Assembly: GCF_009914755.1 (NCBI RefSeq) | Contig: NC_060940.1 | Reading direction: 5' to 3' (one strand) | DNA length: 64,000 nucleotides | Source: the human T2T-CHM13v2.0 reference genome, Homo sapiens | Shown: positions 53,226-64,000 of the stretch, one piece after another | How positions within the stretch are numbered: the first letter of the stretch is position 1 | How the letters are laid out: the number at the start of each line of letters is the position of its first letter | The notes under the pieces: model-generated | What the model saw: the letters and a program-made list of their open reading frames with translations, nothing else | Databases searched by the model: none | What the model was told of the DNA's origin: nothing | Translations under genes and position numbers: made by a program

Positions 53226-54034
53226 TATACACACACAAACACACTTACCTACACACGTATGTACACAGCTGTGTTAAAGTGCTGAGTGCAGTGAAGAATC
53301 AAGGAAGGAGTTCTGTGAAATTCAGAGGGACAAATTTCAGAAGAAGTAAAAATGAAGTCCACAGGTCGCTAGAAATGCAAAAGCTTAACTTGGTCCAAAC
53401 TGCACTGAAGTTGAATGTGTTTGCCTATGATACGGCTGGAGAGCACTTGGGACATTTTGAGCCGTGTCTGCTTCAGCATCTCATCAGGGGCCTCCAAGTG
53501 CCACCGTGGGTCTCACTGTTGTCATTTCTGAATATCTCTCTTAATATCTGAAGGCTTTAGACCATAAAATCCAGCATTCTTTTATAATACAGAACATCAG
53601 TCTCACCCAAGTGGAGTGTATAAAATCTGGTAATGAGGTACAATAAATCTACTTTCTATGAAGATTTGGGGCATATAATCTCGCATTTAATTAACATTTG
53701 TGAAACAGTGCGAAGATGCTCAGTTTCAACCCAGTTCTCTCTTGAGTCCACATCATCCCTCACTCTGCTCAATGCTCCGAGAGCATATACAGGATCAGGG
53801 CTGGCTCAGATGGAGAAACAACTTTCCTCTCCCTGCTCTACATCTGGGGCTGCTGGAAGGTCTCAGGACTTCTTAGCCTCTGGACTGAGAAACAAAAACC
53901 TGGAAACCATGCTCAGGAGCTGGCATGAACCAAAATCAGAGTGATTTCCTGGTTGTCCTGATGTAGTGACCCTCCCCTGCCTCTCCCCGGGAAGAAGGTG
54001 CTACACAGGGCAGGAACAACAAGACCTTCCCTAG

Positions 54035-54420
<386 letters not shown>

Positions 54421-55000
54421 TTTTTCTCTTAATGATGTATTGTCTTGGACAGAAAGTTCATGCTACCCATTGTGTATGTCTGATGGGTTGGAAAACGGGA
54501 GGTCAGTGATCAGCCAGGGGGACATCGCTACAAAAGCTGGCCAGGTTGTGGCGGGGAGAAGTGAAAAAAAGCAAGGAAAGCTGGAAGCAGCAGTGAAAGC
54601 CAGCAAGGCAGGCTGTACTTCCTTCCCCTTAATGACACTCACCAGCCCTGCCCACAGCTCTGTACATCATAAGGTAGAGAAACATATTCAGCATTTGTTT
54701 GGGGTTTTTAGGGGGTAGGGTAAAGGGGTAAAGGGGCTGGTTCTTTTTCTTTGTTTTTAAGCAGAATGCCACTTACATTTTTAAAAGGAGAAATTATACC
54801 CCGGTTCCTGTTGTGACTTTAATCTGGGCTTCTCTGTACCTTCTCCTAGTTCCACAAAGTATGGGGGCTTTCGTCTATATCCATCTATTGACAAGAATGG
54901 AAAAATGGATTCATTCTGGGGGCTCCTGCCAGGCTGAGAGGAACATGTCAAGTCTTTTCCAGGGTGACAAGAGGAGGGAAAGGCAGTGATCCAACCATTC

Positions 55001-55077
55001 GATCCAGCACAGAGACAGAGAATCTGAGCACAGAGACAGATCCCAGTGCAGAGACAGGGCCCCAGTGCAGAGACAGG
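55001..55077. repeat. Short minisatellite, about 4 x 18-21 bp
   Basis: Core CAGAGACAG repeated four times. Confidence 0.8.
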
Positions 55078-55102
55078 AGGCCCATGGACCTCCAAACTCA
55101 TG

Positions 55103-55490
55103 TGCTGTGGTCTCAAAGTTTGTGTCACCCCCAAAATTCACACATTGAAATCCTAACCCCCAAGGCGATGGTATCATGAGGTAGGGGTCTTTGCAGGGTG
55201 ATTAGATCATAAGGATGAAACACTCATGAATGGCATTCATGCCCTTTTGAAAGGGGGCCCAGAGAGCTCCCTCACCCCTTCCACCATGTGAGGACACAGT
55301 GAGAAATCTGCTGTCATGAACCAGGAAGGCAGCCCTTGCGAGAACCCAACCATGCTGCCACTCTGATCTTGGACCTCCAGCCTCCAGATCTGTGAGAAAT
55401 AAGTATCTGCTGTTTCTCCAGTCTCCAGTATCTGCTGTTTATAAGCCATACAGTCTATTGCGTTCTGTTATAGCAGCCAGAACAAAGACA
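55103..55490 (+). mobile_element. MLT1A0-type MaLR LTR
   Basis: TGCTGTGGTC...CCCCAAAATTCA...CCATGTGAGGACACAGTGAGAA...TGTTATAGCAGCC...AAGACA. Confidence 0.88.
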
Positions 55491-55884
55491 CCACAGTGGC
55501 TAAGCACAGGCCAAATTCACGTCACAGGATGAGCAAAGGTTTAGAGCCACCAGCTGGGCCACATGCAGGAGCCACGTCACATCTCTAATCCTCAGTTGCT
55601 TCTTCTCTCAAATGTTTTGTATTTTTGTGATGGAAGAATAAGCAACACAGCCCAAGAGCAGTGCTGGCTCAGAACTCAGGGTGTGGTTTGTTCCCTTTTC
55701 CATTGGCTTACCCCCTCCTGAAGGGCATGCTCTTGAACATCTTCTGTGTTGGGAAATCTTCATACTATGCAGACACATTTTACTTTTGTAAACAAAAGTC
55801 ATGTGGGGGCTCACACTGCTGATGAATTGAGCAGATTCTGGTGTTGGTCCTGATGCTGAGAACTGTGTGGTCACAGACAGGCCA

Positions 55885-55970
55885 ATTCTAGTCTCTGGGC
55901 CTCAGTTTTCTCATCTTTGAAATGGGAATGCTGGACTTCACTTTGAAGGCTTCTTCCGTCCAAAATTGCA
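55885..55970 (+). mobile_element. MIR fragment
   Basis: CTCTGGGCCTCAGTTTTCTCATCTTTGAAATGGG. Confidence 0.65.
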
Positions 55971-56149
55971 ACCTTATATCTTTTATTGGGGAAGTTTTTT
56001 TGTGTGTGGGGGGGTCGGGGTGGGGGGCAACAATCCACCAGTCAGTGCTAAAAGTTAGATAAACCAATTGTGAGGTTGTCTTGAGGAGAACCATTCTGCA
56101 TACGTTCACACACAAATGTCTCAAGTAAGGGGCCATTGTCTAAAGCCAC

Positions 56150-56900
56150 CAGGCATGGACTTTCAAGATGACTTTGAGAGGTTGCCGACGTGCATGTGTG
56201 TTTCTAATACAGGTTTGTTCATAACCGGAACCAGAACTTGACAATAATGGCTCAAACATGGTTTGTCCCATTTTATCTTAATCCCAGATCAAGGGTCTTG
56301 CTCAGCTCTCCCAGCCAGTTAGGAGCAGAGCCATCCACGCCGGAAGCCTAAGCCCCTCTGGCCCCGTCCCATGGACCCGATACACTCCGGTCCATGTTTC
56401 AACCCTTTGATTCCCAATTTCAAATAATTAAGGAGGTTTCTGTGGCATCGTCGTAAACAGCTTAGTGTCTCAGATCAGAAATGATGCTCCGAGGCATGCT
56501 GGGAGCTATGCCAGTTTGGGGAAGGGGTGGATAATTAAGGAAATCATGGTGAATTAAGCTTTCTGCAATGAGGCACAAACATCTTTTCACGAACAGCAAC
56601 ATCGCGTTAGCTTATGTTTTGCCAAAGAGAAAGGCAGGCCTATCCTCAGGGTTTTCAGCCTGGTAAAACACATCTGGCTACCGAGCCAAATATTTAAGGG
56701 TCATTAAAATCCCAAACTCCCTTTGCCAAGAACTTTTCTCCTCTGTTATTCAAGTGTGGAGCAGTTATGGAAAATGCGTTCCATATGGTTTGTGCTGCAT
56801 TCCTATTTACTTCATCAAATCACTGCTTTGAAAGAGCTATTTGATGTCAAAGATGCGTTAAGATTTTATAGACGCTCCCAATGCAGCTTTTAAAGATTCT
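56150..56900. promoter_or_regulatory. Candidate conserved enhancer
   Basis: Repeat-free, retains CpGs, dense in homeodomain/FOX/TCF/TEAD-like motifs; inference only. Confidence 0.4.
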
Positions 56901-57489
56901 CCCTTTGAACCCAAAACACTTGCCAAGAGTAAACAGAATGGAAACCACAAGGGGTCAAGGGCTTTGTTGGAAACAAAGACCCCAACCCAATCAAGGACAT
57001 TCAAAAGTTTGGGGCAAACACGCATTTTCACCCACTTGCCAAAAAGCTTCACAAAATATGTTTCCCACATAAGTTATATTAAAATAAATGTTTTAATGTA
57101 TTCATATTTTATTAATGTGACACCCTGACCCACCGCTTCCCACCAAGGAGGACACAAGATAGTCATGCATTTAAAATATTAACAACTTTAGAAAGCTAGA
57201 AAATTTATCTTTAAACCAAACATTGAAATTCTTTCTAGTGAAGCTTTCTCAGGCTTAAAGAAAAGGCAATAAAACACGACATTGGAAGAACTTGCAGGGC
57301 CAGAGTCAACAGACCCTCCAGGACACCCAGGGCTAGGAGGACCTTGGAGGGTTGCTCCCACTTTACAGATGGGGAAACTGGGAACCAGGGCCCAGGGCCA
57401 GTCAACAAAAGGACTAGAAGCTCCACACTGGTCCCTTTTTTTCCCCTCTCCACTGCCTTCCTCCTTTCTCCAGCTGATCATCTCTTCCT

Positions 57490-58010
57490 GGATTTCCACA
57501 CAGCCCCCTCCCAATCTCTCTTCTCATCCTATTTCTTGTCCTCAGGGAAAGAGGATGATTTCTGTAAAACTTCAATCAGGCCACATCATTTCTCTGCTCA
57601 AAGCCTACCATGCAAGTTCACCCAGTATGGCTTCCCCTGCTAACCTACCTGCTCACTTAACAACCCCCTGCTCGCTCTGCCACCTTCCTTCCCAAGTACA
57701 CAAAGTCCGTTTCTGCTCCAGGACCTTTGCACTTGCAGTCCCTTCTGCCAGGGGTGCTCTTCCCCGCTCTGCACAGCTCATCTTACAGCTCTTAAGCCAT
57801 ACCTCCTCAAAGAACTCCTTCCTGGCTACTCAATGTCAAGCACCTCCATGACCTCCACTGACTGGTGTCTCCACGTTTATCAGAACTCCCCACTGGGTGG
57901 AGAATTTCATGAGGCCATGCAAGAGGGACTGCGCACTATTTTCTGCTGTAACCCCAGTGCCCAGCACAGTGCCTGGAATGTGACAGGCACTCAGTAAGCA
58001 TATTTTAATA
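57490..58010 (+). mobile_element. L2
   Basis: TCTCTGCTCAAAGCC; CAGGACCTTTGCACTTGCAGTCCCTTCTGCC; CCCAGCACAGTGCCTGG...GCACTCAGTAAG. Confidence 0.8.
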
Positions 58011-58719
58011 AGATACCTATCTCCCAGCCCTGGGCTCCTTCCATTAATGGAAAAAGACCTCCCAAAAGGTCAGCTTGTATCTTTAGAACCCAACTGTGTC
58101 CCCTCTCTCTTTTTTAATCTCTCCCTAATGGGGCCTTCTCCTTACCCATTCAGGGACCCCACCACCCTCGTACACCTGTCCTGGTTCACTACTCACCTGT
58201 CCTCAGCCCCCCCAGTTATTCAGATTTCAGGGTCTCCCAACAGTGTAGAAAACAGCCCCCTCAGAGTAAGTCTGGAAATTTAACTGGGATCAGAAAATCT
58301 CAACTAAAACATATCGATAATTTTTAATGGTGGAAATCCAGGCAGCCATTGACAGGGGAGCTGCCCGGGGAAGGAGACCAGGTCTTTTCCTCTGAGATCC
58401 CACATCCCTGCCTTCCGCATGCCTGGTTGGGGACTCAAGCTGAGATGAAATTGGCTTCTAATGGCAGATGCACTATCACTCGCTGCAGCTTTAAGTGGCT
58501 TCTTCATTTCCCCTGTATCTTCCTTGAAGTTCACATAAATATTTTTCATTTGTATTTTTGTGTTGAGTAAAATAAAACTGGCTTGTGATCAAATGTGTAT
58601 GAATCGCAGTGATTGCACAGTCTGTCTCTTTGCCAGGAAGTCCTAATATAGGTAGATGAATATCTTGGGCCAAAAGCTTGTAAAGAGGAACAAAAATCCA
58701 CAGACTGAGGATTTATTCC

Positions 58720-58960
58720 TTCAGCCATTCCACAAACATTTCTGAGAATCTAATTTGTTCCAGGCATTTTACTGGGGGACCCCATAGTAAACAAGACCAG
58801 CCTGGCTTCCAAGGGAAAGGCAGACATTAGGCAAATAATCACACCAGCATTTACGGGTTATCATCTGTCTAGCGAAGGGCATGTGAGAACGTACAGCAGG
58901 GAAACCTGTTTTAAGCTGGTGAATTGGAAAAGGCTTCCTCTGGGGAAGCAGTATTTGAGG
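58720..58960 (-). mobile_element. L2
   Basis: TTCAGCCATTCCACAAACATTTCTGAG; AAAGGCTTCCTCTGGGGAAG. Confidence 0.65.
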
Positions 58961-59293
58961 AGAGGTTGGTGGCTGGGAGACAAGTCAGGGAAGCTGACTG
59001 AGCACCACCAAATGGTCAGGGGGCCCAGCTCAGGCAGTCTCTAGCTGTGTGTTCCGGTACACACACCTCTTTCCTCTCTGTTATACCCTACTAACTCCCA
59101 ATCCTTCTAGCTGCTCTACTCCCACCACCACTGCCCCAGTTTGATTCTCTGGTGCCTGTCTAGGATTGATGCTCTAACATCTCCACCTAGGCCCTTCTGT
59201 TCTCTATACCAGACCCTTTCCCAGGAGCATAGTCCTAGGCTAATGGGCACCAGGAGTTGCTGGAGGTGAACAATACCAAAAGGAACTCATTCA

Positions 59294-59597
<304 letters not shown>

Positions 59598-60169
59598 AAA
59601 GGAACCCTTTCATGGAATGAAAGAGCTTACGGAGAAGTTCAACGTGGTGCCATGAGGCTCAGGTGCAAAAGGAGGCAGTGGAACAGGAAGAAGGGTAGGA
59701 TAGAGGAACTCCAGCCATGTGTGATGGCAGGAGGGTGGGAGGCAGTTCCTGTGGGGGTCAGCTGGCAGCTTGAGGAAGGTGAGCAGACACAATAGCCATG
59801 CTCTGTGCAGGCATCAAGGCCCTCGTGCCTGTGATCAGTGAGTGCAGCCTTCCTCGGGAGCTATCATCAGGACCTGCAAGTGAGTTTAAATGCCAGTGAG
59901 CAGAGACAATGTATTCAAAAAAGACTCCAGTTTCAGCTCAAACATTCCCCTAGGAATAATTTTGGCAAGAGATCTATTCTGAATTCGTGGTAGGCTGGGG
60001 GCAAAGATGAGAGAAAGAAGAAAAGGGAAGTCTCTCTGAAAGGAGCTTTGACCCCAGGGCTTAGAAACGGAGTCTGTCTTCAAGCTTTTGGATGCTCTCG
60101 TAAAAAGGGTTTGTAAATAATTTAGCACCCCCAAGTAGTAGATTCTAAGTGGCAAACAGCCTGCTGAGA

Positions 60170-60350
60170 GGAGGGCTGTAGAGGCCCCAAGGAAAAGAGA
60201 ACTCAGGACAACCAGCTTCACAAGAGCAGGGACCATGGCTGCTGGTCACCACCATACCCCCAGCACCTGCACAGTTCTTGGACCATGGCAGATGCTGCTC
60301 AGGGGCTACTTGCGTGGGTCAACATCTAAGGGAATAAACAAATAAATGAT
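60170..60350 (+). mobile_element. L2 3' end
   Basis: GAGCAGGGACCATG...CCCAGCACCTGCACAG...GAATAAACAAATAAATGA. Confidence 0.6.
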
Positions 60351-60507
60351 TTATCATTAGGGAAAAAAGCATGCCAAAAACAACAGCACATACCCATAAT
60401 CATTCCCCAGTTTTGACACCACTGACTCCTCCCCTGTCAGTCTCTCCCAGGGAAAGAAAATCACTTCCTAGACACTGGGCTTCTGCAAACATATGCTAGG
60501 AAGCATA

Positions 60508-61110
60508 TTGTATTAGTCTATTACAAATGACAGAGACAAGACTCAAAATTAAAAAAAAAAAAAGGTGGGAATGGGGAGTGATTTCTTGGCACACCTAACT
60601 GAAAGGTCGTATTTTCAAAGTGGTATTTCTAAGCTGTCTTACTCCTCAGTGTCCCCCTGCAGGTCATTCCCATTCTCTCTGGCTTCCCCCAATTCCACCT
60701 GTCCAGATGGCAGAATGGCTGCAACCAGTATGCTGATTTAACATCCTAGAGGTAGAAAATAAAGTCTCTTCCTTCTTCAGTGTAGATTAGACTTAGGGAA
60801 GAAACTGATTGGCTGATTTAGGTCATATGCCTACCTCTTAGACCACTAAGCTGTTGCGGTCAGGGAAAGATCTGATTGGCCAGGTTTGGATCAGAGGTAA
60901 ACCTCTATGGCCAGAGGAGCTGTTCCGTAGCTGACAATACTACAAGACTTACATGGAATGGGCCAATAACGTGTGCCTCCCAAAGGGAGGAGTCTGCCAT
61001 TATTATCATCATCATCATCATTATTACTATTATTAGGAGGAGGAGGAGGAGCAGGAAGAGAGGGAGGAGAAAGGCATGCTAGACAGATAAAACCAATAAA
61101 TATCCCCACC
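60508..61110 (-). mobile_element. MLT1K/L-like LTR containing an (ATC)n(ATT)n(AGG)n microsatellite
   Basis: TGTATTAGTC; CTGATTGGCTGATTTAGGTCATATGCC; CTGATTGGCCAGG. Confidence 0.6.
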
Positions 61111-61249
61111 CACCCATATCTTCCATGCTAATGGAAACTTCCATTACTGCTACTTCAGACACTTTGATAAAAGAAAGGGACAATAACTCTCTAGTCTTAG
61201 GCAAAATATGCTTTCAATTGTTCTTCCTCTGGCAGGCAGGCCAAATCCC

Positions 61250-61490
61250 ACAGCAAAGAAAACATAGGCATTGGAGTCAGAGAGATCCAAGTTCAAATCT
61301 CAGCCTACCCACATGCTAGCTATATAACCTGGGGCAAGTTGGTTAAATTCTGTAAGTCCCATTTCTTCATTTGCAAAGCAAGCAGTGAGACCCAATACCT
61401 GATATGTACTGAGGATTAAATGAGAAAAATATGTGAAAGACTTAGCACACATTTTCTGACAGAAAGACATCAATAAACACTTGCTCAATG
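61250..61490 (+). mobile_element. MIR, near full length
   Basis: TTGGAGTCAGAG...GTTCAAATCTCAGC...GGGCAAGTT...GAGGATTAAATGAG. Confidence 0.85.
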
Positions 61491-61729
61491 AGTGAATTAA
61501 TTAATTTGAATTTCACAGGTCAAAGGGGACCTGGCTTGATTGTCCTAGTTCCATGACTCAGGAGCAGAAAGAGTTTTGCCTTTCTAGTAAAAACAGATAG
61601 TGGTACAATTTAAAGTTCTAGGATAGAAAAAGTCCAACTGGCCAAGTGTGAGCCATAAACTGGGCAAGACAAGGTTCTAGGAACACACCCACCTTGACTA
61701 CTCGCCACATTGGTCTTGGGCACAGCCAA

Positions 61730-62210
61730 CAAGGAGCCGGGCATTGTCCTAAGAGCTTTATACATTCAGTTTTTATCAATCCTACGTGATCTTAGGTGCT
61801 ACAAATGTACTCATTTTATAGAAGAAAACGAAGCTCACAAGAGAAGAAAAGTAATTCCTCAAAAGGAAATCAGGATACTCTTTACCAAGAGAGGGGAGAT
61901 GACCGCCAGAATGGGGCCCAAATGTCAGATGCTCACCTCATCTCATTCTGATCTATGGTTGAGCTGTCAGAAATTACCTGATTATTGCTCTCCAATACAA
62001 CAGTCAGATGACAAAATTGTCTTTTGCATGGAGAGGCACATCTCTTCCAGACATCGCTGACATGAGCCTCACCTCAACATTTTAGGGGAGGATTCAGAAA
62101 CTAGTAGCTCGTCTTTCACAGATGGGAAAATAAGCTCAGGAAGTTTAAATAACTCGATTATGACCACGTAACTATCAAATGGTCAGAGCCAAGGGTCAAA
62201 CAGCACAGCC
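61730..62210 (-). mobile_element. MIR fragments (61730-61850, 62100-62210)
   Basis: CATTTTATAGAAGAAAACGAAGCTC; CAGATGGGAAAATAAGCTCAG. Confidence 0.55.
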
Positions 62211-62712
62211 TGACAGAGGGAAGGTGTAACTGACATGACTACAATACTCTATTATATATATTGAAGTTAACTGTGGGTTTTAATACAAGCACAGCCTCTG
62301 AGTATGGGAGGGATCTTAACAGTCAGTAGCCAAACTCCTTGCCCAACTTGAGAAACTTACTTCAGCCTCTCTGATGTGTAAGGGAAGGGCAGAACCGGGA
62401 TTAGAGACATACAAGGAAACCATTCCCCAACATGGCAAAAAGTGCCAAATAGCAAATATATTAACTCGGGTGTAATTCTTCAAAATGAGAAATTCTTAAT
62501 AATCTACAATATGCCTAACACGGTGGTAAGAAAATTTAAAACTCTAATGTAGCAAGACATATAAATTGTGATAAATATCTCTGTCATTGAGGAAATGTTC
62601 CATCATTCGAGGTCTCAAAGACTAAGTATTGAACCATCATATGTGGAAGGGATTTGTCTATAATATCATCTCCTGCATCTTCTGGGAAATTAGAATTTTC
62701 TCAGCATGGATG

Positions 62713-62822
62713 TAGAGTGATCATATCTTTTATTGTCCAGATTTGGACACTTTTAAGACTAAAGGATGATATGACTAAGCATCATGCCATGACCACGGCT
62801 ATAAACCAGGACAGTCACCCTA
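62713..62822 (-). mobile_element. MER94-like hAT-Blackjack MITE
   Basis: Terminal inverted repeats TAGAGTGATC / GTCACCCTA; internal GGACACTTTT. Confidence 0.65.
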
Positions 62823-64000
62823 GCTAGAAGGAACAATTAAAAATCATTCATTCACACAGAGCTCACATCAAATGCTTGATGTCTTGCTAGAGACATCTCT
62901 GCTCTTCATCAATCCTTTTTGACCTCAATTTTTCATGCCATTCCTTGACAGAAAGTGTTTGGGGGGGCAGAAAGTGCAGATAAACATATATTCTGAATGA
63001 AGGTTTTACGTGGTTGCTAATTTAGTTAAAATGGCTTTTAAACATTGTCTTTGGATCATCTAAGTTGGCTACAGAACAACAGCACAGTGGGAGGTTAATC
63101 GAGATTCAGCAACCTGCGGCTAATTGTAATTTCTTTTGGTTTCCTCTCTAAATCATTTTCTTTTTTTGTCTTTGAATCCCTGTCTCCATTTATGTCAGGT
63201 TTGGCTCAGTCAAAGCTCCATCCCAGCTCTGTGGAACATCTGCCCATCTCCCTCTGAGGCCAAGAAGGATCCAGGTGGACAATGGAACAGTGGGATTTGG
63301 CTACAGTTGGGACTGCTAAATCTGTCAGTCATCCAGACTGAAGAAGAGCCTGTTAACACAGAATCCTAAAAAAAGAAGTTCATATGTGGCAAGGATTTGA
63401 GATATTCACATACAACACTCAGAAGTCTGACTGTATAACATTCTCCCACTGATTTCTCACAGAAAACCTTTCCACATCCAAATTGTTCTGTCCCCAAACT
63501 CCCTTCCACTGACAGACTGAACTCTATTTTCTTCCCCAGAACATTCTTACCGGGTGATGTTGGGGGGCTGGGTTGGGGGGCAGAAACTGTAACAACAGGG
63601 AAAAAGAAACCTAGGAAAATGAGCTCAGTAATATTGTAGCCACCTCCTCAAAGGGCAAGCTCAGCTGTTCAACAGGTGCAAGACATATTTCAGGCACTGG
63701 AAATGAGCTAAATATGGTTCCTCCAGAGACAGCCCTGCCAGAACAACGTTGGAATTTGGATCCTCCTAAAATCTAAGATGTAAGAATGGCTCATTGAAAC
63801 AAAGATAACTGAAAGCTGTGACTTGAGATTCTTCTGGAAACAATGGTTTATTGCAAAGTTTTCTATAAGAAACCAATCAGCTAGATAAACCCAGAAGTGG
63901 GTACTTTGAATAGGGTTGCACAGGATAAGTAGGAGTCTTGGAGGTAAGAATGAAGATTGAAAAGAGTGGAACACCAATCAGGAAAGGGCATGAGTGAGTA

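Noticed and set aside
57282-57851. 189-aa ORF
   Set aside because: Non-ATG start, spans MIR and L2 relics, no recognisable domain

Overview
Primate (human-like) nuclear DNA from an intergenic or long intronic region. I find no supportable protein-coding gene, rRNA, tRNA or CRISPR array. The long ORFs in the track come from Alu, L1/HAL1, LTR or microsatellite sequence. About half the window is recognisable interspersed repeat: about 14 Alu/FLAM/FRAM copies (many with target-site duplications, TSDs), many MIR and L2 relics, L1M/L1MC pieces, a near full-length HAL1, MaLR/ERVL/ERV1 solo LTRs (THE1B x2, MLT1, MLT2A x2, LTR16 x2, MER21, MER4A inside a MER39/34-like LTR) and DNA-transposon fossils (MER5, MER33, MER45, MER63, MER91, MER94, MADE2). 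Between them are several repeat-free, motif-dense islands that look like enhancers (about 6.1-6.4, 39.4-39.8, 40.7-41.1 and 56.1-56.9 kb). The most unusual signals are small rearrangements. A ~200-bp L1 joins its 3' end to an inverted 5' UTR, and 68 bp of it is copied 1.9 kb upstream. A (TCCA)n array is bracketed by a 16-bp TSD-like repeat. An AluJ carries two internal micro-inversions. There is also a (GAAA)19(GGAA)23 Alu tail and a near-perfect 48-bp tandem duplication. I see no convincing new gene system. Repeat family names come from recalled consensus sequences and need RepeatMasker/Dfam confirmation, and boundaries of old repeats are approximate.
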